The position numbers and the translations under genes are program-made. Below, in pieces: positions 44,098 to 52,663 of a stretch of 64,000 nucleotides of DNA. Below the pieces are notes generated by a model that did not search any database, was not told where the DNA came from, and worked only from the letters and a program-made list of their open reading frames with translations. Origin of the DNA: an uncultured Candidatus Saccharibacteria bacterium (GTDB lineage: Bacteria; Patescibacteriota; Saccharimonadia; Saccharimonadales; UBA10212); the NCBI GenBank assembly GCA_964624785.1, contig CAZUXR010000001.1:213-64212 (forward strand), in the 5' to 3' direction. Positions within the stretch are counted from its first letter, which is position 1. Each line of letters starts with the position of its first letter.

Positions 44098-45707
44098 TAT
44101 AGTGCTGCTTTTATAAGGCCTAGGAACAACGGGTGGGCTCGGCCGGGTCGAGAGCGAAATTCCGGGTGAGCCTGAGTGGTTACAAAATACGGATGATCAA
44201 TGGCTTCTACCATTTCTACTAGCTGCCCGTCGGGCGATACGCCGGATTCTATAATTCCCCACGATTTATAATCCTTACGATAATCGTTATTGGCTTCGTA
44301 GCGGTGGCGATGACGCTCGATAATATTTTCGGCTCCGTAGAGTTTACGAGCCTTTGTTCCAGATTTGATTACGCAGGGATAATCGCCTAGGCGCATCGAC
44401 GCACCGGTGTTTTCTTTGCCTTTTTGATCTTCCATGGTGCTTACAACGGCGTGTTTAGGTTTAGGATCAAACTCTGTAGAATTAGCACCGGCTAAGCCCG
44501 CTCGGCGAGCAGCAGCAATGATCCCAACCTGCAGCCCCAGACAAATCCCTAGGTATGGCAATTTATTATCAAGAGCGAAGGCGGCGGCGGCAATTTTGCC
44601 CTCTACCCCGCGCCCACCAAATCCGCCAGGAACAATGATCCCGTCTAGGTCGGCCAAAACATTAACGGCTTTTTTGTCTTTTTCTAGGTCTTCGGCATTA
44701 ACCCATACAATATCTACATTGCATTCGTTAGCCCAGGCTGCGCTTCGCACCGCCTCGAATACAGACATATAGGTGTCTTGATTGTCGATATACTTAGCTA
44801 CCACGCCAATTCGTACGGTTTTGCGGTAATTAGCTAGTGCAGACTTAACCGTGCGCTCCCAGCTCTTCATATCGGGCTTATGAGCCTTTAGACCTAGGCG
44901 CTTAACGATAATATCGGCGATATTGGTGGACTCTAGAGTTAGCGGCACCTGATAGACAGTTTGAGCATTTGGCATCAGCACGATTGCTTCTTTGTCCACG
45001 CCACTAAATAGGCTTAGTTTGGGTATAACCGCTTTAGCTGGGGGCTTAGATTCGCTTCGGGCTGCCAGAACATCTGGCACAATGCCAAGTCCGCGAAGCT
45101 CACGGACAGAATTTTGCGCTGGCTTAGTTTTAAACTCACCACTGGCGCCCAGATATGGAATGTAAACAACGTGCACGAACATGCAGTTTTCTAGCCCAAC
45201 GCGCATGGACATTTCGCGGATGGCTTCTACAAAGCTCAATGATTCGTAATCGCCAACCGTGCCGCCAATTTCTGCGATGTGCACGTCAAAACCTTTGCCA
45301 GCACGCTCGATATACCCTTGGATGGCAGCAGTTAAGTGCGGAATAATTTGTACGTCTTCGCCTTTATATTTACCGGCGCGTTCGTCGCTGATAACTTTTT
45401 GCAGGACTTGCCCGCTCATCAAGCTGCTGCTTTGGGTCAGCTCCTCGTCTAAAAATCTTTCGTAGTGGCCAAGGTCCAAGTCTGTTTCTGCACCGTCTTT
45501 GGTTACAAAAACTTCGCCGTGTTCACGCGGATTTAACAGCCCAGCATCAACGTTTAGGTACGGGTCGCACTTTTGGATGTTAACGGATATTCCGCGGGCT
45601 TTTAAAATGGTGCCGATAGAAGCAGCCGTAATGCCTTTGCCAACGCCGGATAAAACCCCGCCGGTCACAAAAATATACTTAGTCTGCGGCTTAGTCCCTA
45701 GCGCCAT
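44097..45707 (-). CDS. pyrG: CTP synthase
   Basis: N-terminal KYIFVTGGVLSGVGKG, GATase domain GICLGLQ, and HPEF near the C-terminus. 536 aa. Confidence 0.95.
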   Translation of the reverse strand: MALGTKPQTKYIFVTGGVLSGVGKGITAASIGTILKARGISVNIQKCDPYLNVDAGLLNPREHGEVFVTKDGAETDLDLGHYERFLDEELTQSSSLMSGQVLQKVISDERAGKYKGEDVQIIPHLTAAIQGYIERAGKGFDVHIAEIGGTVGDYESLSFVEAIREMSMRVGLENCMFVHVVYIPYLGASGEFKTKPAQNSVRELRGLGIVPDVLAARSESKPPAKAVIPKLSLFSGVDKEAIVLMPNAQTVYQVPLTLESTNIADIIVKRLGLKAHKPDMKSWERTVKSALANYRKTVRIGVVAKYIDNQDTYMSVFEAVRSAAWANECNVDIVWVNAEDLEKDKKAVNVLADLDGIIVPGGFGGRGVEGKIAAAAFALDNKLPYLGICLGLQVGIIAAARRAGLAGANSTEFDPKPKHAVVSTMEDQKGKENTGASMRLGDYPCVIKSGTKARKLYGAENIIERHRHRYEANNDYRKDYKSWGIIESGVSPDGQLVEMVEAIDHPYFVTTQAHPEFRSRPGRAHPLFLGLIKAAL

Positions 45708-45869
45708 TTAGCCTCTGTTTTCTCCTACCCTGTCTCATAATTACTCCTGATATGCTACCACGGAAGTAGCGATGAGCCAATACCTTGAAGCCAAGACTCC
45801 TTGGTTGGTGGCTGAAAGGCCTGAAATTCATAATGCAGAGTTGAGAATGCGAAACTTCCGTCACCAACA

Positions 45870-45907
45870 AATCAAATAAAATAAGCGATCGCTTATTTTA
45901 TTTGATT
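45870..45907. repeat. 38-bp perfect palindrome with GCGATCGC core
   Basis: AATCAAATAAAATAAGCGATCGCTTATTTTATTTGATT lies between the S41 peptidase stop and the pyrG start. Confidence 0.9.
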
Positions 45908-45969
45908 CGTTTAATAGTTCAGGGTTCAGAGTTTTATGTTCTTGAACTTTAGCTTCTATAAACTCTCGG

Positions 45970-47229
45970 CTATGGGCTCTTAGTACCCTGCATTTTGCTG
46001 CGTAAAATTTCGTAAGCTTTGTCTTTTTGGGCGTCTTTGCCACTGGCTTGGCTATCTCCGTCGGCTGGTTTAACTTCCGTATCCGGCTTAATTCCCTGCT
46101 TATCTATGTTTTTGCCGCCCGGTGTATACCAATGAGCGATTGTGACTTTTATTTCGCTGCCATCTTTAAGATTTATTACCTGTTGAACACTGCCTTTGCC
46201 AAAGCTTTTTTCGCCAGCTAAGATTGCCGCGCCGTTGTCATGCAAAGCACCGGCTGTAATTTCGCTGGCGCTGGCGCTACCGCCATCAATCAAAACAACT
46301 GTTGGCAGTCCTTTCAAGGTGGCTTCGCCGTTAGAATATTCTGTTTGCGTAACTTTTCCACCATGTTTTTGGGCAACAACTGTTTTACCAGAATCAAACC
46401 ACAAGCTAGAAACATCCACAGCTCCGCTTAAATATCCGCCGGGGTTGCCACGCAGATCAAGCACGATGCCTTTAACGCCCTTCGCTTTGAATTCATCGGC
46501 GGCTTGGCGTGCCAACCTAACCGTGTCTCCGTTAAATTGGCTGATTTTTATATACCCTACATCCTCGTCAATTTGCCATTTTACGCTGGCAACTTCTATC
46601 TTTGCCCTGGTCAAAACTACGTCGAACGGTTGACCCGATCCGCGCACAATAGTAAGAGTTACTTTAGTATTTTCTGGACCACGTATTTTTTTAACTACCG
46701 CATCTATGCGCATCCCGCTGGTTGACTGGCCGTTTATTGCGGCAATTATATCCCTGGGTTTTAGTCCGGCTTTATCTGCCGGGTAGCCCGATAGCGGCGA
46801 AACGATAATGATATTATTGTCAGCATCGCTGCCAAGTTCCGCGCCGATTCCCGTAAAGCTACCGGATAGCTGATCGCCAAATTCCTGTGCTTCTTTAGGC
46901 GTAAAGTAGGTGGTGTAAGGGTCGCCGGTTGCCTCTACCAAACCGGTGTTTATGCCGTCCATAAGTTTATTTTTGTCTAGGTTACCATCAAAGTTCTTTT
47001 TTAAAATGCCATATAGCTGATCTGCAGATGAATAATCTAAGTGTTCAGAATTTGAAGTATCAAGCTGCTGAGTACTTAGCCCACTGACAGTAAGATTACC
47101 ATGCCCAGCCAAATAACCAATACTAAAAATACTAAACCCAGCCAGCAAAAATATCGCTCGCCTACCAAATAGCCCAAGCTTCTTGTGCCCTCGTCTTATT
47201 TTGTCTGTTTTTAGTTTATTTTTTAACAC
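45970..47229 (-). CDS. ctpA: S41-family C-terminal processing peptidase with PDZ domain
   Basis: PDZ region (VSPLSGYPADKAGLKPRDIIAAING) and catalytic region DLRGNPGGYL ... GGSASASEI ... FGKGSVQ. Confidence 0.85.
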   Translation of the reverse strand: MLKNKLKTDKIRRGHKKLGLFGRRAIFLLAGFSIFSIGYLAGHGNLTVSGLSTQQLDTSNSEHLDYSSADQLYGILKKNFDGNLDKNKLMDGINTGLVEATGDPYTTYFTPKEAQEFGDQLSGSFTGIGAELGSDADNNIIIVSPLSGYPADKAGLKPRDIIAAINGQSTSGMRIDAVVKKIRGPENTKVTLTIVRGSGQPFDVVLTRAKIEVASVKWQIDEDVGYIKISQFNGDTVRLARQAADEFKAKGVKGIVLDLRGNPGGYLSGAVDVSSLWFDSGKTVVAQKHGGKVTQTEYSNGEATLKGLPTVVLIDGGSASASEITAGALHDNGAAILAGEKSFGKGSVQQVINLKDGSEIKVTIAHWYTPGGKNIDKQGIKPDTEVKPADGDSQASGKDAQKDKAYEILRSKMQGTKSP

Positions 47230-47271
47230 AATACTCCCATTGTACTAGACTACGAACGGTTTAGTATCTTT

Positions 47272-48447
47272 TTAGAATTCGCGAGAAAGCGAGTGGAATT
47301 GGCCGTCAAGGTATGAATTATACTCGTAAGTTTGGAATGTATTACCGGACACACCTATTACGTACATTGCGTGTCCCCAATAACCGCCCGTACTAATTGC
47401 AACGTCGCCAGGTTGTGGCGTGCGAGAAACTTGAATCCCGCGCGCATAAGCAGCTCCTACCCAGTCAGCAGCATTACCCCAGTACATTGGTGCTGATCGG
47501 CCAGATGCAACTACTGCCCAAGCCGCAAACGACACGCATTGACGAGTACAGTAACCCCATTGATCCGGACCATCATTATTCACACAACCCCCAGGGCTCA
47601 TCCCAAAACCAGCGTTCTTGTATGGATAATTGCCAGGACTGATGCTGTTGATAGCTCCCGGGAACCGCAGGAAGTAATATCCTCCATCTGGACTAAAGTT
47701 AGCTTTGCGCTGCTGTGCAATCAGCGCATCTATTTTACTTTGGTTATCTTTGGTTTTTTGGTTATAGCTGGCTTGCTGGCTTTCGTTATACGAAAGCAGG
47801 TTATTCTGTTCGGCGCGACTGGCCTGTTGATTAGCTTGCTGCACTTTTTGCTGCGAAAGGAGCGCTTCTATCTGTTCCTTCTGCGTCTTTAGCTGAATCC
47901 TTAGAGCAGTAATTTTATCTACGGTATTTTTAATTTTGGTTTGAACAGAGTTGCGATATTCTTCTTTGTTCACATAATCACTGATGTTTTTGCTGCTGGC
48001 TAGCATCTCGAGCGTAGAGACTTTGCCCTCCAAATACATAGCTTTTATGTTTTCGCTCAAGACATTTTTTTGCTTGACCAATTCGGCCTCGGCCGCCGTT
48101 ATTTCCGCTTGCAACCGATTCTGCTCTGCGGTGTTAGCATCTATCTGAGCTTGCAGAGCGCTTATTGCCGCCTGCAATTTATTGATTGCATCCTGGTAGC
48201 TTGTAGCCTGATCTTCCAGCTGAGCGACAGTGTTTTGATTGGCGGCGTTTTCTTGCTGGAGAGCATTGATTTCATCGCTTATACTTGCCTTTGCATGGGG
48301 CGTTGCAAGCGTACCAAAAGCCAAAACAATAACAGAAGCAAGTACCAACACCTTTGTGGCGTGATTAGCAGAGCCTAAAATACTTTTTTTGAATTTTTGT
48401 TTTAGCATGAGCACTTTGATCATACCACCCCCGTACAGCCAATGCAA
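47272..48447 (-). CDS. PcsB-like secreted peptidoglycan hydrolase (N-terminal coiled coil, C-terminal CHAP domain)
   Basis: Long Q/A/L-rich coiled coil and the CHAP motifs QCVSFAAW ... GDVAI ... GHAMYV. It is adjacent to ftsX/ftsE. The start is ambiguous (M1, M9 or M14). Confidence 0.8.
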   Translation of the reverse strand: MHWLYGGGMIKVLMLKQKFKKSILGSANHATKVLVLASVIVLAFGTLATPHAKASISDEINALQQENAANQNTVAQLEDQATSYQDAINKLQAAISALQAQIDANTAEQNRLQAEITAAEAELVKQKNVLSENIKAMYLEGKVSTLEMLASSKNISDYVNKEEYRNSVQTKIKNTVDKITALRIQLKTQKEQIEALLSQQKVQQANQQASRAEQNNLLSYNESQQASYNQKTKDNQSKIDALIAQQRKANFSPDGGYYFLRFPGAINSISPGNYPYKNAGFGMSPGGCVNNDGPDQWGYCTRQCVSFAAWAVVASGRSAPMYWGNAADWVGAAYARGIQVSRTPQPGDVAISTGGYWGHAMYVIGVSGNTFQTYEYNSYLDGQFHSLSREF

Positions 48448-48504
48448 GCAGTATCCAGCACGGGCTCTATTATTAAATTTAAAGTATTTAGTTTGTTGTC
48501 CTTA

Positions 48505-49455
48505 CTATTTATGTAACTTTAGGTAGCGGCGGGTAGCAATACTGGAAGATGCCGCTCCTATCATTATACCAACAGCAACTTGGCTGCTAAGGATCAGCCA
48601 CATATGCTGTTTAAAGAAGTGGCTAGAATATCCAATATCAAGAAGGCCTAAGCTACTGGCCTGCAAGGTAGATGAAGCAACGGCAAACAGCGTTGCACAG
48701 ACGGCTAGCGACAAAGCTGCCGCCACCGCCCCGTAAAGCATTGTCTCTACAATAAACGGACCACGGATATATCCAGGCGTAGCACCAAGCAAACGCATAA
48801 TCACAAGCTCGTCGCGGCGATTGAATATGGTCATGCGAATAGTGTTAAAGATAATCAGCATAGATATAATTACAAAAACCACAATTCCCACTACTCCAGC
48901 TTCCTGAAAAAAGTGCGTTGCTTTGGTAATTTTGTCTATTGCCGCTTTACGGTCGCCAGAATAAGAAGTTGGATCGGACTGCAAAGCCAACACCGCCGGT
49001 TTGTCTAAAAAGTCTTTAATATCTTGCAGCTGGTTGGTATTGCGTGGCTGAATGTTAAGCGACGCCGGTAACGGGTTGCTTGTTTGCGATATCGCACTCA
49101 GCAATGCCGGGTTATTGGCGTTTTGCTGTTCGTATGCGGCAAGCGCTGCGGCCTTGCTTACATATTTGACCGATTTAACATTACCAACCCCCTTTAGCTG
49201 CTCGATAAGCTGGTCGCGCTGGCTATCTTTTATACCGTCTTTTAAATAAACCGACACGTCTATGTGACTAGTTATGTCGGCGATGGTGTGGTTAAAAGTC
49301 GCGTTCGCTACAATCGCGAACAGTAAAATCGTAAGGGTTATGCTCATCATGGCAATGGCGGCAATCGCTAGCCAAATGTTGCGCCAAAAGTTAACAAAAC
49401 CGTTCTTAACAATTCGCTCTAGGGTTATAAATCTGTGATCTTTGTCAGAACCCAT
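48505..49455 (-). CDS. ftsX: cell division ABC transporter permease-like protein FtsX
   Basis: 4 TM with a large first extracytoplasmic loop, downstream of ftsE. Confidence 0.85.
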   Translation of the reverse strand: MGSDKDHRFITLERIVKNGFVNFWRNIWLAIAAIAMMSITLTILLFAIVANATFNHTIADITSHIDVSVYLKDGIKDSQRDQLIEQLKGVGNVKSVKYVSKAAALAAYEQQNANNPALLSAISQTSNPLPASLNIQPRNTNQLQDIKDFLDKPAVLALQSDPTSYSGDRKAAIDKITKATHFFQEAGVVGIVVFVIISMLIIFNTIRMTIFNRRDELVIMRLLGATPGYIRGPFIVETMLYGAVAAALSLAVCATLFAVASSTLQASSLGLLDIGYSSHFFKQHMWLILSSQVAVGIMIGAASSSIATRRYLKLHK

Positions 49456-49497
49456 TTTAAATCCCCCTGCTATAACAAAAAACTACCCGGCACATAG

Positions 49498-50178
49498 TCA
49501 TGATTTGTATTTTCCAACTGCTTTATCGCTTACAATATGCCCGTCTTTTATGGTTACCACGCGGCGCTTTAGCGCATTAACAATCTCTTGATTGTGGGTG
49601 GTCAGCAGTACGGTGGTACCAAAGCGGTTAACTTTTTCTAGAACTTTTATAACGTCCCAGGCGTGCTTAGGGTCCAAGTTGCCGGTAGGTTCGTCGGCGA
49701 TCAGGATTTTGGGCTGGCGAACAATTGCCCTAGCGATCGCCACGCGCTGGCGCTCGCCGCCAGAAATTTCTAGCGGGTAGCTGTGTTCTTTACCCTTTAA
49801 CCCTACCAGATCAATTACTTTTGGCACTGTGTGTTTGATCTCTGCTGTTGGGATTCCGGCGATTTCTAGTGCGAAGGCTACGTTTTCGTAAACGGTTTTA
49901 TTAAGCAGCAACTTAAAGTCCTGGAACACCACGCCAATCTTGCGGCGCAATAACGGAATATCTTTGTCTTTTAGGTGTTCGTAGTCGATCCCGCCAACGA
50001 TTATTTTGCCGCTTGTGGGCTTTTCTTCCCTGGTGAGCAGTTTGAATAATGTAGACTTACCCGCCCCGGACTGGCCAACAATAATTACAAATTCCTTAGG
50101 CTCGACATGCAAAGAAATACGCTCTAGCGCTGGCCCTCTGTGGGTGTAACTCTTAGTCACTCTGTCGAGTAAAATCAT
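49498..50178 (-). CDS. ftsE: cell division ATP-binding protein FtsE
   Basis: Walker A GQSGAGKST, signature ISGGERQR and Walker B ILIADEPT. 226 aa. Confidence 0.9.
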   Translation of the reverse strand: MILLDRVTKSYTHRGPALERISLHVEPKEFVIIVGQSGAGKSTLFKLLTREEKPTSGKIIVGGIDYEHLKDKDIPLLRRKIGVVFQDFKLLLNKTVYENVAFALEIAGIPTAEIKHTVPKVIDLVGLKGKEHSYPLEISGGERQRVAIARAIVRQPKILIADEPTGNLDPKHAWDVIKVLEKVNRFGTTVLLTTHNQEIVNALKRRVVTIKDGHIVSDKAVGKYKS

Positions 50179-50179
50179 C

Positions 50180-50346
50180 AGGACTTACGCGCCATACCCT
50201 TCCAAGCCGGGCAAAGCACGCCATTGAATGCTATTTTTGACACAATAGTTAATTTTTGTCTGCGATACTCGCGCACCGTACCACTTGTACGCCTTGCTCC
50301 GTTTCTCGCCAAGAAATTCACTCTTGCGCTCAAACGCGTAAGTCCT
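50180..50346. repeat. 167-bp stem-closed module (12-bp perfect terminal inverted repeat)
   Basis: AGGACTTACGCG (50180-50191) pairs with CGCGTAAGTCCT (50335-50346). It encloses most of a doubtful 56-62-aa minus-strand ORF. Confidence 0.7.
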
Positions 50347-50387
50347 GTTAGCCATATGAACCCAGTATAACATGAGCGGTTTAGGCT

Positions 50388-50906
50388 TTATATTCTGGGT
50401 AGAGTAACGCCAGTTTTAAGAGACACTTCTTTTGCCCAACTGATCATAATGGCAAGTTTTTGCTCTAGCTCTAAAGATTCTTGAGCTTTAAGATTGGGAT
50501 GTCGTTTTTCTAGAGCAACTATCCGCATATAAATTTCTTTGATATCGCTTTCTACGCCCATCAGGCGATTGTCGATTTTTTCCATCCACTCGGCCATTTC
50601 CTGGTGCCCGCGCTCCAGGCTGGTCATTCGACCTTCCAGGCTTCCCATGCGCCCTTCTATATTTTCCATACGTCCATCAAGACTCTCAAAGCGCTGGTCA
50701 ATCTGCTCAAAACGCTGGTCAATCTGCTCAAAACGCTGGTCGACTTGCTCAAAACGTTTATCCATATTTATAGCCAAAGCACCGATCGATTCGGCAACAC
50801 TTGTAGCGAGATCACTGATCGACTCAGCAATATCGTTCACACTTGCCGTAAGAGTGCTTATCGACTTGGTAATGTCATCCTTATTTGTGCTTCCCGTAGT
50901 TGCCAT
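50388..50906 (-). CDS. coiled-coil protein with tandem 7-aa (21-nt) repeats
   Basis: FEQVDQR FEQIDQR FEQIDQR FESLDGR MENIEGR MGSLEGR MTSLERG. The underlying 21-nt tandem repeats span about 50620-50765. Confidence 0.6.
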   Translation of the reverse strand: MATTGSTNKDDITKSISTLTASVNDIAESISDLATSVAESIGALAINMDKRFEQVDQRFEQIDQRFEQIDQRFESLDGRMENIEGRMGSLEGRMTSLERGHQEMAEWMEKIDNRLMGVESDIKEIYMRIVALEKRHPNLKAQESLELEQKLAIMISWAKEVSLKTGVTLPRI

Positions 50907-51168
50907 AAATTAATTATACCTAAAAAACCTTAACAAGTTCTTTGTATTTATTACGTCAACTCGATTCGCTGTTTACAGCTTTTTTTGTTTTTGAATCATC
51001 TGTAGTCGAGTCAACGGGAGCTCGCCGTGCTTATTGCTTGATCGCGGTTGCGATCGAGCACGCACAGGCGAGTCCCGCCGGAGAGGTTTAATTTGGCTAA
51101 TCCTCTCTAAAAGCCACTTATCACGGTCGACGCTACTTCGCGAGATACTGTCTATGGTCCGAATCGAG

Positions 51169-51420
51169 TCAGTTACGCTCGAAGGTCATGACCTTGACCA
51201 GCCTTTCCCACGCGGTCGTACCTGGCCAGCGCTTACGCGAGTTCCAGATAACGATGTAGACGAGGTTGCCAATGAGTACCAGAATAGTACCCAAGTTGCT
51301 TACAGCCCACGCCGCATCACCATGTCCTACGGCAAACAGACAGGCCGCAGCAATGATGATGACGACGAGGGGGGCAACAACAGTCCAGCACGCCTTTACA
51401 AAATTCACCTTTATTTTCAC
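51169..51420 (-). CDS. hypothetical 83-aa membrane protein (2 TM) in GC-elevated islet 5
   Basis: Hydrophobic ORF. Hand counts are 37/60 (51181-51240), 27/60 (51241-51300) and 34/60 (51301-51360) G+C. GC-rich hairpins lie downstream at 51030-51110. Confidence 0.4.
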   Translation of the reverse strand: MKIKVNFVKACWTVVAPLVVIIIAAACLFAVGHGDAAWAVSNLGTILVLIGNLVYIVIWNSRKRWPGTTAWERLVKVMTFERN

Positions 51421-51492
51421 CTCCTCTTAGCTAGGCATAGCGAGTTTTGTAGTAATATTTATAACACAATGTTATAAATAGAGCAATTATAT

Positions 51493-52575
51493 TTAGATGT
51501 TGTGTTCGAGCCAGGATTCGATTAGGGGGTCTAGGTTGCCGTCTAGGACGGTTTGGGGGTCGGAAGTTTCGTAGCCGGTGCGCAGGTCTTTGACTTGTTT
51601 ATAGGGGTGTAAAACGTAGCTGCGGATCTGATTGCCCCACTCTGCCGATTGATTTGGGCCTTTAAGCTCACTCAACTTTTCGGCGTGCTGTTGCAGTTGC
51701 AAGGCCGCCAAGCGGGAGCGCAAAATCGTCATGGCTGTTTCTTTGTTTTGAACCTGAGAACGCTCGTTTTGAATACTTACCGTTAGGCCGGTTGGAACGT
51801 GCGTTATGCGCACAGCCGAGTCGGTGGTATTTACTGATTGGCCGCCGTGGCCGCCAGCACGATAAACGTCAACTTTAAGATCATTGTCATCAATTTCTAG
51901 CTCGCCAGGTTTGTCGATTTTTGGCATTACCTCTACCTTGGCAAAACTGGTTTGGCGCAGGTTGTCGGAATTATAAGGGCTCAACCGCACCAGGCGGTGC
52001 ACACCGTGCTCGCCCGCTAAACGGCCGTACAAAAAATTACCGCCGGAAAGTTCGAGTACAGCGCTTTTTATCCCGGCTTCTTCTCCAGAAGTTTGAGAAT
52101 CGGTTTGGACTTTTAGCCCGTGCTTTTCGGAGTAGCGAACATACATGCGCAGCAGCATAGCAGCCCAATCCTGAGCATCGGTGCCGCCCGCGCCGGCGTA
52201 AATTCCTAAAATTACATCGTGGTTGTCGTAGGGGCCACTAAAGCGAAGCTCGCGCTTAAGGGACGAGAATTGAGAATTGAGAATTGAGAATTTAGCTTCG
52301 AGTTCGGGCTCTAGGCTGGAATCATTTAGGCTAATTAATTCCGCTAGTTCGCGGGCGTCTTTTTGCAGGTTTTCCCAGGGTTGAATGCGAGAACTAAGCG
52401 CCGATTCTTGCTTACTTATATCCTGAGCCTTAGTGCTATCTTGCCAAAAATCCGGCTCCGCTATAGCAGTTCGCAAACCCGCTAATTCCGACTTTAGTTC
52501 ATCTAATTTTAGCTGAGCAACCGTCTGGGTAATGTCTTTATTAAGCTCACTAGCCCGCCTTTTAAGCTGTTCCAC
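51493..52575 (-). CDS. prfB: peptide chain release factor 2 (uninterrupted ORF, no programmed frameshift)
   Basis: GGQ motif (GGHGGQSVNTTDSAVRITH). The RF2-type recognition loop reads LVRLSPYNS (SPY at the SPF position). Confidence 0.9.
   Translation of the reverse strand: MEQLKRRASELNKDITQTVAQLKLDELKSELAGLRTAIAEPDFWQDSTKAQDISKQESALSSRIQPWENLQKDARELAELISLNDSSLEPELEAKFSILNSQFSSLKRELRFSGPYDNHDVILGIYAGAGGTDAQDWAAMLLRMYVRYSEKHGLKVQTDSQTSGEEAGIKSAVLELSGGNFLYGRLAGEHGVHRLVRLSPYNSDNLRQTSFAKVEVMPKIDKPGELEIDDNDLKVDVYRAGGHGGQSVNTTDSAVRITHVPTGLTVSIQNERSQVQNKETAMTILRSRLAALQLQQHAEKLSELKGPNQSAEWGNQIRSYVLHPYKQVKDLRTGYETSDPQTVLDGNLDPLIESWLEHNI
52265..52292. repeat. four perfect GAGAATT heptamers (AATTCTC on the coding strand) inside prfB
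   Basis: gagaatt occurs 4 times at 52265-52292 and encodes AKFSILNSQFS in RF2 domain 1. The same 7-mer occurs in the intergenic mosaics. Confidence 0.9.
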
Positions 52576-52663
52576 GCGGAACTCCTTCGGAGTTATTTAT
52601 CATTTGCCGCTGCGTATTTTTCATTAATTTCATCATCTATCATTTTACACTTGAACGATACTA

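Noticed and set aside
45861-46043. 60-aa minus-strand ORF spanning the 38-bp palindrome.
   Set aside because: It overlaps the 3' end of the S41 peptidase gene in another frame and reads through a perfect palindrome, so it is most likely spurious.
51493-52575. A programmed +1 frameshift site in prfB, and the possibility of UGA recoding (code 25 or 4).
   Set aside because: The ORF is continuous from its ATG, with no internal in-frame TGA and no shifted N-terminal mini-ORF. TGA terminates carA, pdaD and the M16 peptidase at expected lengths, so the standard code applies.
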